A DNA stretch of 63,886 nucleotides, counting the filler, from Octopus bimaculoides (lineage: Eukaryota): the NCBI RefSeq assembly GCF_001194135.2. It is 7 parts of 6 records of this genome, joined end to end, with 100 filler letters (N's around TTAATTAATTAA, not from the genome) between each part and the next. Parts side by side here need not be neighbours in the genome. Positions count along the whole stretch, not along the records: positions 21,307 to 31,374 come from NC_068992.1; positions 31,475 to 45,105 come from NC_068996.1; 5 more parts are not named here. The stretch is one strand, 5' to 3'. The notes below the pieces were generated by a model. That model was not told where the DNA came from. It worked only from the letters and a program-made list of their open reading frames with translations, and did not search any database. Numbering within the stretch: position 1 is the first letter of the stretch; each line of letters begins with the position of its first letter. Of the stretch, positions 25,966-36,431 are shown piece by piece. The translations under genes were made by a program, and so were the position numbers.

Positions 25966-26432
25966 ATCATCATCATCATCATCATCATCCTTAATGTCTG
26001 TTTCCCATGCTGCCATGGGTTGGACAGTTTGACCAGAACTGGGAAGCTGCACTAGGTTTCAGTCTAATTTGGTCTGGTTTCTAGGGCTGGACGCCCTTCT
26101 TAACACCAACCACTTTACAATGTGTGCCAAGTACTTTTACATGCCACCAGCATCAGTGCATGTACATGGCACTGGTACGAGTGCTTCTTACATGACACCA
26201 ACATGAGCGCTTTTCACACAGAACTGGCACAGGATGCTTGCAGGGGATGAAACCTTAATACTTCCGCAGTGGAGGACTGGCCTTCTTGAGTACAGTAACG
26301 TGCTAAGTATCTCAGTCCTTTGTCATCTCATCTGAAAGGTTCAGCATTCTGAGGTCATCCTTCAGTATTTCATCTCATGTCTTCCTGGGTCTCCCTTTTC
26401 CATGAGTTCCATCCACTTTAAGTGAACAGTAA
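25966..26432 (-). mobile_element. RTE-clade LINE 3' end with (GAT)n tail
   Basis: Minus strand: LKVDGTHGKGRPRKT*DEILKDDLRMLNL, then 3' UTR and a (CAT)n run on +. Confidence 0.8.
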
Positions 26433-26749
26433 ACCAGTCCACAACACATTAACAGACACTTGCAAATTGATTGATCAAGTGCTTGAAACTGGCTGAAAGC
26501 TGGCATCTAGTGGGTTGGTTGGTGAACCAGGTCAGTGAAACAGTCTTCTTCATGAGATGCAGGTGGAGTGTTGTGAAATAGCACATGCAGCCTGACACAG
26601 CATGTATACACACACACACACACACACGTGCACACACACACACACATACACACACACGTGCACACACACACACACACACACCCACACACACACAACACAC
26701 ACACACACACACACACACAACACACACATGTATTTATATACTTAGCTAT

Positions 26750-27015
26750 TATGTGTGTGTTTGAAAATCAAAGAGAAACAAGATAACTATGGACAAACTG
26801 CTTTGAAACCTCCAGCTTCTATATCCGAATTACACATTTACAGTTATACTAAAATAATTGGAGCACTTGGTTTTGAAAGTAAATACCTAACTGTCAGTCT
26901 AGATAAACTTGGATTTTCAGAAAAAGAAATCAATCAACTGACTCAAACATTTCAAATACAATCTGTAAGAAGAACAGTAAAACTATGCAAGACTTTTCTC
27001 AGGTTTAAAATGTGA
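26750..27015 (+). mobile_element. RLE-type non-LTR retrotransposon C-terminal fragment (third family)
   Basis: KIKEKQDNYG...IIGALGFESKYLTVSLDKLGF...QIQSVRRTVKLCKTFLRF*: RLE-like K..KY / IIGALG tail. Confidence 0.55.
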
Positions 27016-27445
27016 CATTATTTTCATTATCTTTGTTAGAATCTAGCTCCTTCAGAGGAAGAAGTTAAATGACTAAAAATAGAAGAAAGAGAGAGAGTGG
27101 GAGAGAGAGAGTAGTAGAGAGAGAGAGGAAGAGAAAGATAGGAAGAGAGATACATGTATACATTTATAAGAAATTGAGATGACCAAGGAACAAACAATTA
27201 TGTTATGAACTTCATTAGCCACGATAAAGTTATAGGGTGATACTCAAGCACTCAACTATGAGTGCATTGCATCTTATAGCAGAAACAGCTGTAAGCTAAT
27301 AAAGTTCATAACATAATTTTTTATTCCTTTGTCAACCCAATTTCCTATTGCCACTTTCTATTCAACTAACACTTCATCCTGAAGTGTATGTATATCGAGT
27401 TCAAAAAACATGTTATTAGTATCGCAACGCTTAATAGAAATAATG

Positions 27446-27487
<42 letters not shown>

Positions 27488-27978
27488 TTATATATATATA
27501 TCAACACACATAAAAATAAATATAAACATTTTTACATACATGCATGCATATTTATTGCCACTTAGAACAAACTATTCTGCAGTAATTACCATGAGAGAAA
27601 CTCACATGTTGGCTTTTTGGTGCAAAATGCACTCTTGTTTATATCACTAGTGACAGAAAATTCCTGCTACCTCCAGCACCAAGACCACCACATAACATAA
27701 TTTTGACCTTGTTTGGTCTTGTCATTGATGGACACTCAACTGCTAGAGACAGCAGTGTTTCATTTCCCCACCAATGATTTATAGATCGATAGTGCCAGAA
27801 CAGGCATTGGTATTGTGATTAGCCAATTAGCTAGTGAGAAAATATACATTAGTGACATAGTCAGTATCAATACGAAGAAATAATATTTATACCCACTTAA
27901 ACATAGATATTCTATTAGAACAAACCATACTGTGGCAGTTACCATGAGAAATTCTCATATTGGTCTTTTGGTACATGT

Positions 27979-28015
<37 letters not shown>

Positions 28016-28171
28016 AAAATTTAAATAAGAGTTTTGACGCTAATATCCATTTATATTAAAGTTTATTACCTATGTCAACATTTCTGTATAAGGTTAAATT
28101 CAACTTTCAATTCAAGTTAAATAAGTGAATTACCTTACACATCCTTACACATCCTTAACATCGATGCATCC

Positions 28172-30420
28172 ATGAAAGACATCCCTATTCCACCAAGAAA
28201 GTTTTATATTAAGCAGCTTATCCAGAAAACTCATTCGTTTATAAATAGAGTTAGATGGAAGGCACATTTTTTTGATAAAAAAGAACAACCTACTAACATG
28301 TCTAAGGATGAATTAAGATTCAAGAAATTGTTCAAATCTAGAAAGAATCCACCGTATAATCACAAATTGGATAAATTTGAGGAAGAAATTTGGTCAGTAG
28401 TCAGGAATATTAAATTTAAAAAATCATCGAACAGGAACCAACATTTAAGATATCTAAATACAATTACTAAGGAAATAAGGAATACTAACAGAATTTTGGT
28501 GAAATCTGATAAAACCGGAAATATTTATAAATTAACCAAACAACACTACACTGATTAACTGAAGAAAGAAATTGAGAAGAATTACAAGATAACAAATAAA
28601 AATACACTTAAGAAGGCAAATATGGAAACCAAAGAGATAATGGAAAAATACAACCTAACAGATAGGACAGAACCTTTGATGCCAAAAGAACCAAGATTCA
28701 TTCTTAAAGATCACAAAGTGAATTTTTGGACACAACCATCTTTAAGACTCATCTGCCCAACAAAATCGGACGTAGGGATACTGAGTAAAAATATTATAAA
28801 TAAGTACATAACTATAATAGTCGATAAGTTGAAGTTAAATTTGTGGTCGAACACAGACCAAGTCATCAGGTGTTTTAATTCTATTGAGGACAAGAAAAAT
28901 ACTAAATTCATTCAATTTGATATAGCTAATTTTTATGCATCCATTAACCCGATCATATTGAATAAGGCACTATGGTTTTTTCATAATAAGGCAGGGCTTA
29001 CTAGAGAAGAAATTAAAGTGATATTAGCTGCTAGGAAGTTCTTTATTAGTTTTAATGATAAAGTATGGATACATAAGGATACACTGGATGCTTTCGATGT
29101 TCCCATGGGGAGTTCTGACTCCGCACAAATGGCTGATATGGTGGGTTCTTTTATTCTTTATGAATTGGATGATCAATTTCCTATGATTAGGGTGGGGGTC
29201 TATATAGGGATGATTGCCTTCTATATATTAGGAATAGCTCCAACCAACAATTACAGAGAATAAAAGCTAGATTGGCTAGATTTTTTCATAGAATGGGGAT
29301 GAATATCATTTATGAAGACGATATTTCTTTAGCAAATTTCTTAGATGTGACATTAGATATTAAAAATGAGACATATAGACCATATCATAAACCTTCAACT
29401 AACCTGAAATATATCAGTAAGCGGAATAATCATCCTAGAAAAATTATTGATAATTTAGTAAGAAATATTTCATTAAGACTTTCTAAGTTATCTGCAAATG
29501 ATAGGATTTTTGATAATGAAGCTCAATTCTATAATTTGGCATTAAATAGGGCAGGATACAAAGAGAAGGTTTACTATGCTGAACCTGATTGTAACAACAT
29601 TAAGACAGATATGGATTATAAGAATAATAAGTATACGAATAAGCTAAGAGGAAATAAGGAAAATAAACTCAGAGATATTCATAAACGTAGCATAGGTAAT
29701 TTAAAATTTTTTAAGAATTATACAAATGACTGTGATAACACTAAATATGATAATATATGGTTCATGGTCCCTTTTAGTGGAAATGTTAAATCTAACTTGA
29801 TTGCACAGTTTAGAGAGGTGATAAGTAGACATTTCCCAAAGAATTCACACTATGGTAAAATTATTAATACACATAGCATTAGGTTTGGTTTCTCAAACAC
29901 TAAGAACTTAACCCAAATAATTGCAGCTCATAATTTTAAAATACTTAAATCAAAGGGAATTGGGGAGGATAGTGATGAGAACCCTGATATAAAAAATAAT
30001 AATAATAATAATCGTACTATGATTACAGTAACAGAAGTTAATCCCAGAAGATTGAAGTCTGAAGGCCCAAATGTGAGATTGAAAAATATAGTTTATCAAT
30101 GTAAGGTAACGACTCAAATAGATGTTAGCATATACGTGGATTGTTCTTCAGGACAAATTTGTAAACGAATATCGAACCATTATAATACTTTTAGAGATAG
30201 AAGTAAAATAGCGAGTACTAGTCTTAGTAAATTCATTTGGGAACTGAAGGAACAAAAGAAGCAATATTCGTTAGAATGGTCAATTATTGGAAAATCTTTC
30301 CCTTATGACAAAGGTAAGAGATATTGCTCGCTAAGGGTAAGTTAATAAATAAACTCACATACAATGCTTTCAGATGTAGCCATTTTCTTAGACATACGTT
30401 TTTCTGGTTTAAATAAATTA
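28172..30420 (+). pseudogene. PLE RT-GIY-YIG polyprotein, disrupted
   Basis: Motifs KSDKTGN, FIQFDIANFY, FDVPMGSSDSAQ, YRDD (29203-14, after a TA-duplication frameshift), NFLDVTLD, YRPYHKP; GIY-YIG NIVYQC...IYVD...KRISNH; remnant YCSL...RCSH zinc motif. One in-frame TAA (28556-58), one frameshift, one deletion near 30340. Confidence 0.9.
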
Positions 30421-30740
30421 TAAATTTCAGTATGATCAGGTATTATAATATAATATTAGGTTTTAAAGACAGGATATATTAAATATATAATTTATCACTA
30501 ATAATAAAACTGTGTATTTGTGTTTATTTATTTACTAAGGTTTCTAGAGATAATATAATATAGATTTCCATTAGTTTAAAATTTATTACTAGGAATCAAT
30601 AATTTGTAATACTTCATTGTTTATAATTAATAATATTATGAGGGTTTTCTCCCTTAAACGGACTTTTATTTAAGGAGGAATTTGAATGTGAATAAGACTT
30701 AGAGATTATACATTTTTTCTTGGTGTTTACTTTTTACTCT

Positions 30741-30828
30741 TTACCCTGAGGATGTGTAAGGTAATTTACTTATTTAACTTGAATTGAGAGTTGAATTTAA
30801 TCTTATACAGAAATGTTGACATAGGTAA
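30741..30828 (+). ncRNA. Type I hammerhead ribozyme in the PLE 3' pseudo-LTR
   Basis: Stem I ttacc(30741-45)/ggtaa(30824-28); core CUGAGGA 30746-52; stem II tgtgtaagg(30753-61)/tcttataca(30801-09); GAAA 30810-13; near-palindromic stem III AUGUUGACAU; cleavage triplet AUA, cut after 30823. Confidence 0.78.
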
Positions 30829-31036
30829 TCAACTTTAATATAAATGGATATTAGTGTCAAAACTCTTATTCAAATTTTTTATATATAACCAAGGAGATCG
30901 ATCCATAAGGAGTCTACTATAGACCTTTGTGAACGAAAATTTGCTATTTTGGTAATGATTACATGTTTTATCTCACCAATACATTGTGGAGATATCTTTA
31001 TATGAACATATATACATATATATATATATGTAAATT

Positions 31037-31374
31037 CCAATGCAGTTTGGGTTCATGCCAGGTAAAAGCACCACTGATGCCATATTTCTAGTGAGACAGC
31101 TGCAGGAGAAATATCTAGCCAAGGATAAACCTCTGTACCTGGCCTTCGTTGACATGGAGAAAGCCTTTGACAGGGTCCCCCGATCCCTTATCTGGTGGTC
31201 AACTTGGGATAGAAGAATGGTTAGTAAGAGCTGTGCGAGCCATGTACAGAGATGCTGTCAGTAAGGTGAGGGTTGGAAATGAGTACAGTAATGAATTCCA
31301 GGTAGAGGTAGGGGTCCACCAAGGTTCCGTCCTCAGCCCCCTCCTATTTATCATAGTCCTCCAAGCGATCACAG
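31037..31374 (+). mobile_element. RTE-clade LINE RT fragment (frameshifted)
   Basis: MQFGFMPGKSTTDAIFLVRQLQEK...VDMEKAFDRVP...GVHQGSVLSPLLFIIVLQAIT. Confidence 0.92.
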
Positions 31375-31474
31375 NNNNNNNNNNNNNNNNNNNNNNNNNN
31401 NNNNNNNNNNNNNNNNNNTTAATTAATTAANNNNNNNNNNNNNNNNNNNNNNNNNNNNNNNNNNNNNNNNNNNN

Positions 31475-31528
<54 letters not shown>

Positions 31529-31728
31529 CTCTAAATCTGATTTCATTGCTTTTTCTGACCTGATAAGAAAACCATATCTGTTTCAAATGTTTACTTTTAT
31601 TTCTGACCAAACATCATTATTATTATGTCTACTCCAGTTACTCACCAGCTTACATATCAAATTTCATGGCGCGTTTTCCAGAGCTGTGCACCACTTTAAT
31701 TAAATCCACTTCGCTGGTTTATCTAACT

Positions 31729-32505
31729 CAGGGATTCTCAACCATTCTTTTTTTTTTATCTGTGGCCCCTTTGATTATTATTTTATTCTGGTGGACCCCT
31801 AACACCATTCGATGTTTAAAAACTAGTTTTATAGAAACTTCTTTCAAATTTTCTGTCTTGTTTTTCTCACACATTAACTTGTGAAGGTTGAACTATGAAA
31901 AATGTTAGAGAAAGAAACCTACCTGTTTCTTACAATACATACCAATACATACATCTAAAGTAGGAGTTCTCAGCCATTTTTAATCTATGGACCCCTTAGA
32001 TTACTATTTTATTCTGGTAGAACCCCATAGCCATTCGATGTTTAAAAAGTTTTATAGAAACTTCTTTCACAATTCTTATTTTGTTTTCCACACATTAACT
32101 TGTGTAGGTTGAACTATGTAAAATGTTAAAGAAAGAAACATAGCTGTTTCTTGCAATACATACCAATATATACATCGAAAGTAGGGGTTCTCAACCATTT
32201 TTAATCTATGGACCCCTTTGATTACTATTTTATACTGGTGGACCTCTGTAGCCATTCGATGTTTAAAAACTAGTTTTATAGAAACTTCTTTCACAATTCC
32301 TATTTTCTTTATCGCACATTCCCTTGTGTAGGTTGAACAGCGTAAAATGTTTGAGAAAGAAATCTGTTTCTTGCAACACATACCAATACATACATCTAAA
32401 GCAAAATGCTTTCAAGGGCCTTTAAAATACTATTGTGGATCCCTGATACACCACTTTGTTGCGTGGATCCTCAGAAGTCATATGGACCCCGGTTAAGAAA
32501 CTCTG
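31729..32505. mobile_element. Non-autonomous hAT-like element with three tandem ~220-bp internal units
   Basis: TIRs cagggattctcaacc / ggttaagaaactctg; degenerate 8-bp TSD atctaact/acccaact (6/8). Confidence 0.72.
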
Positions 32506-32649
32506 ACCCAACTGGAGTGTATTTGAGCTAGCGAAGTAACAGGTGTGTTTGTGATCACGCTACGGGCTAGATATAACCGCTTAGTCTTCTGTAAGCAGTT
32601 TTTTTCTTTAAGACGTTAAGATGTGATTTGAGAGAAATTTGGTGGATTT

Positions 32650-32890
32650 AGTTCTGTGGTTTTCAACCGTCTTTTTTTACCTATTGCCCCCGTTGATTCC
32701 CATTTCACTCTACTGGACCTCCAAAGCCATTTGGTGTTTACAAAAACCCTATCATATTTGCATAATAAAATATTATTAGGAATTGAATTTTCAAAAATTG
32801 TTAAAACATTTGATGTATTGTAGAATTATAACCAAATTATTGTACATGAATTTTAATATCAAAATCGAATATGGACCCCAAGTACTGCTT
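32650..32890. mobile_element. Older related hAT-like fragment
   Basis: gtggttttcaacc...ctggacctccaaagccattt...tatggacccc. Confidence 0.45.
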
Positions 32891-33185
32891 CAGGTGTTCG
32901 AGCGATCTCCTAATCTCTCGCTTGTTGCTGCATTGTGTGCATTGACGCTCGTGTTTCTATATCGATGTGTCTACATGAATAATACACCAATAAACTAAAG
33001 TATATATATATATATAAAAAATTAATTTAGAAAGGTACCGTTAATTCTATCATTATCCAATGTCACTAGTTTAAGAATGATAATAACAGAATCAACGATA
33101 CAGGCGACAGCAGGCCAAAAAATAGCATTTAAATAGACGAGGGACAGATTTCGGAAGGATGGGTTGGGAATCGCTTTCCTGGTAA

Positions 33186-33239
33186 TGCATGCTGAAGAGG
33201 CTAAGGCATATTATGCCAATGCAGAAACTAGTCCACGTA
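33186..33239 (+). ncRNA. Minimal hammerhead ribozyme motif (second family, slightly decayed)
   Basis: CUGAAGA 33192-98, hairpin ggcat-att-atgcc within stem II, GAAA 33224-27, palindromic stem III ACUAGU, GUC 33231-33; stem I gcatg/cacgt has one mismatch; the stem II closing pair is mismatched. Confidence 0.55.
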
Positions 33240-33892
33240 AATCCATATACTTAAATGTATGTAAGTAGATTGTTTTAACCAAATTTGCCTTCGTTTGATT
33301 TCTGTAGTAATCACCAGTGTATCCTTTGGCGATTTAATAACGAGTTTTGACTGTTATNNNNNNNNNNNNNNNNNNNNNNNNNNNNNNNNNNNNNNNNNNN
33401 NNNNNNNNNNNNNNNNNNNNNNNNNNNNNNNNNNNNNNNNNNNNNNNNNNNNNNNNNNNNNNNNNNNNNNNNNNNNNNNNNNNNNNNNNNNNNNNNNNNN
33501 NNNNNNNNNNNNNNNNNNNNNNNNNNNNNNNNNNNNNNNNNNNNNNNNNNNNNNNNNNNNNNNNNNNNNNNNNNNNNNNNNNNNNNNNNNNNNNNNNNNN
33601 NNNNNNNNNNNNNNNNNNNNNNNNNNNNNNNNNNNNNNNNNNNNNNNNNNNNNNNNNNNNNNNNNNNNNNNNNNNNNNNNNNNNNNNNNNNNNNNNNNNN
33701 NNNNNNNNNNNNNNNNNNNNCGGAGTTTTATCATGGCTACTGAATAAGTGTCACATATTTTTACAGATAAATCCCTCTATTTGCATATTATTGAGGTCTC
33801 TTTCTTTCTTTTTTTGCCATTCCTGTCAAACATATATTATATATATATAAAGAAAATCTTCATTAGCCGACTTCTTTCTTTTATATTTGCAG

Positions 33893-34016
33893 GTCTGTCA
33901 GAAATGCTGGCAACGCTGTTTTAGGTGTCGGCGTCTGCTTAATTGTCGTCTGCCTTTTTCTCTGCCTTCATGCCTACTTCCTCTGGTATGTGCACGACAA
34001 GGAAACTCAAACTGGA
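33893..34016 (+). CDS. Internal exon of an unidentified membrane-protein gene (one TM helix)
   Basis: Strong acceptor (cttctttcttttatatttgcag|g) and donor (gga|gtgagt). The phase-2 frame reads SVRNAGNAVLGVGVCLIVVCLFLCLHAYFLWYVHDKETQTG, with a ~22-aa hydrophobic stretch in unique non-repeat sequence. An alternative donor tg|gtatgt lies at 33986. Frame 0 is also open but gives a less natural Cys/Arg-rich peptide. Confidence 0.62.
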
Positions 34017-34309
34017 GTGAGTATCTCATATATTATTTCATTTTCACTTAATTAAGGAAAGCAAAATTTGAATAAAAAAGGCAAATGGCAAATATATTTT
34101 ATCCGAATTATCACTTGACCCTAGCTTATTTTATTTCGTACCAGTGATGGCTAACCTATAAGATACGTATCAGTAGCGCCGCGCCGCGTGCTTTTAGGTG
34201 ACACCGCAATGGACTTTGAAGAAGGTTTCCCTGTATTATGCTATAGAAAAGTATACTTACAGACATTTACCAAAAACTAAAATGCGCGACTACGTGTGTG
34301 TGTGAGCGA

Positions 34310-34349
<40 letters not shown>

Positions 34350-34674
34350 NNNNNNNNNNTTTCCCCCTATCACTATTCTATATCTTCTATTATTCATGTT
34401 TCAAATAAAATTGCTGCTGAAACTTCTATTGATAATGAAAAGAAAACAAAAAAAAGAAACACGACAGTTTGAGTATAGAGAAGTTTTTCAGCTGTTCTAG
34501 TTTTGCTTTCATTGTTTATGAAAGCTTGACGTTGTGATGCAAGTAACACACGAGTTAGTTTTTTCTCCGACGTTCCATCAATCTCCGAAGTCCTGAAAAG
34601 GATACAGACAGTGCTTCGCTTCTCTGATTAAGCTATACAAAAAAAAAAAGACAAAAAAAAAACAAGAAGATACT

Positions 34675-35115
34675 GGCGGAGGCGTGACTGTGAATGTGTG
34701 GTAAGAAACTTGTTTTTCCAACCACATGATTTCGAGTTCAGTCCCCTTGGGCAGGTATCTTCTACTAATGTCTCGGGCGGACCAAAGCCTTGAATGTATT
34801 TGGTAGACGGAAACTGAAAGAAGCTCGTTGTGCACATATAACATGCGCGTGTGTATGTATGTGTGTGTGTGTGTGCGCGCGCGCGTGTCTGTCTGTCTGT
34901 CTGTCTGTCTGTATGATTCTGTTGTCTTTGTGCCCAGCCACCGCTTGAGTGCCGGTGTTGGCGTATTTACGTTCCGGTAACTTGAAACGCTTGAATAAGT
35001 ATCAGGCTTAACAGAAAACAAGTACCCGAGTCGATTGATTCGACACTAAAAGTTTCCTCAACGCAGTGCCCCAGCATGGTCGCAGTCTAATGACTGAAAC
35101 AATTAAATGATGAAA
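34675..35115 (+). mobile_element. Family B SINE, full length
   Basis: ggaggcgtgactgtgaatgtgtggtaag...gtagacggaaactgaaagaag...microsatellite...ccagcatggtcgcagtctaatgactgaaac. Confidence 0.8.
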
Positions 35116-35699
35116 GATATAGTGATCATTTCTCTTCCATTCATCATCAACATAACTAATAATTTGCGTAGCCATCGACCTCATACCGAATTACTCGTGA
35201 ACATTTTCACTGACTAACACCAAACTACCTACACAGGTTAAATAAATGTCTTTGCCATCGGGGTAAACGGTACAGTTACTTTCAGTTATGGAGATTAGCT
35301 GCCCATAAGACCTTACCAAAGATCTAACGCAGATTAACTAATGTGTTTACTCTGGAAAGAGCAGTCAGCGGACCACACAGCTGGTTCAAAGGAACTGCCA
35401 ATGCTATAGCAAAGCGAGTGTTATAGCAAATAGATTTATTCCTAATGTCGGATAGCAGCTACATTGATATCTGTTGCTGGAGGAAGAGCCGAACCGTCTG
35501 TGCAATGATGGCTTGAGAACAGATGGGTCAAGTCACTATTTCCGATTTTGGCTACTGTACTGCAGTAATATTATATCACTTGCAACTTCCATTAGAATCC
35601 TTTTGCTCATAAATTCACTTCTCATCTAACAATATTTGCTTCAAGCCATGTAGATATTATAAGTTTCATAATTAATCTCTATACATTTTTTCTCCCCGT

Positions 35700-35935
35700 T
35701 TTTTTTTTGTTGTTTTTTTTGTTTTTCGTTCTCATTCCATTTTTTCCCTCCCATCTCTTTCTATCGAAGAGCGTAGGCTCGAAACGTCAAGGACTTTTCT
35801 ACTCTTCTTCCCGATCGTAAAACTAATATATTTGCTTGTTGTTCCCTCACCTGTCTTCGTCTTTTGTTTTTGTTTTTTTTGTAAATTTGAACTAGATATT
35901 ATAAATATGTAGTTATTTAAACTTATTGTCTGGAG
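35700..35935 (+). mobile_element. PLE pseudo-LTR fragment with decayed hammerhead-like relic (35757-35792)
   Basis: ctatcga-agagcgtaggctc-GAAACGTC-aagga; the downstream T-rich segment matches the reverse complement of 3660-3750. Confidence 0.5.
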
Positions 35936-35937
35936 GA

Positions 35938-36052
35938 GAAGAAGAAGAAGAAGAAGAAGAAGAAGAAGAAGAAGAAGAAGAAGAAGAAGAAGAAGAAGAA
36001 GAAGAAGAAGAAGAAGAAGAAGAAGAAGAAGAAGAAGAAGAAGAAGAAGAAG

Positions 36053-36081
<29 letters not shown>
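35938..36081. repeat. (GAA)48 perfect trinucleotide repeat
   Basis: 144 bp uninterrupted. Confidence 0.97.
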
Positions 36082-36083
<2 letters not shown>

Positions 36084-36389
36084 GCATTACCACTAATTAC
36101 GAAACTCAAGAATTCTCAGAACACTTAGATTTTTTTTAAACTTTATTTTTGTAGTATTGTTTACGCCCAGATCAACTCTGGGGACGGGAAGAAAAAACCT
36201 AATGCTAAAAAGTGTTCGAACGAGACAATTCAGTATTTTTGTTTAAAATACAGTGCATTTAAGAATACATTATATAAGGTGATTTTTTTCTTTTACTTTT
36301 TCTTTTTGAGGAAGATATTGCTGTTTCTAGAAGGTAGAACCATTAAGTAGTGGCGACCTTGTTAGCACGATGACGACGACGACGACGAC

Positions 36390-36431
<42 letters not shown>

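Larger units (their letters stand above)
28014..30880 (+). mobile_element. Near full-length Penelope-like retroelement (RT + C-terminal GIY-YIG), Nematis-like, with inverted pseudo-LTRs
   Basis: ORFs 28172-28558, 28622-29263 and 29272-30345 form one broken reading frame. ~135-bp inverted arms (28014-28145 / 30749-30880, ~95% identical); TA repeats on both flanks. Confidence 0.92.

Noticed and set aside
28556-28558. Recoded stop or selenocysteine, as in Naiad PLEs
   Set aside because: The stop is TAA rather than TGA, and the domain order here is RT then endonuclease; simple decay explains it.
31666-32400. CRISPR-like array
   Set aside because: The units are ~220-bp whole-unit tandem repeats with no unique spacers; eukaryotic TE context; no cas genes.
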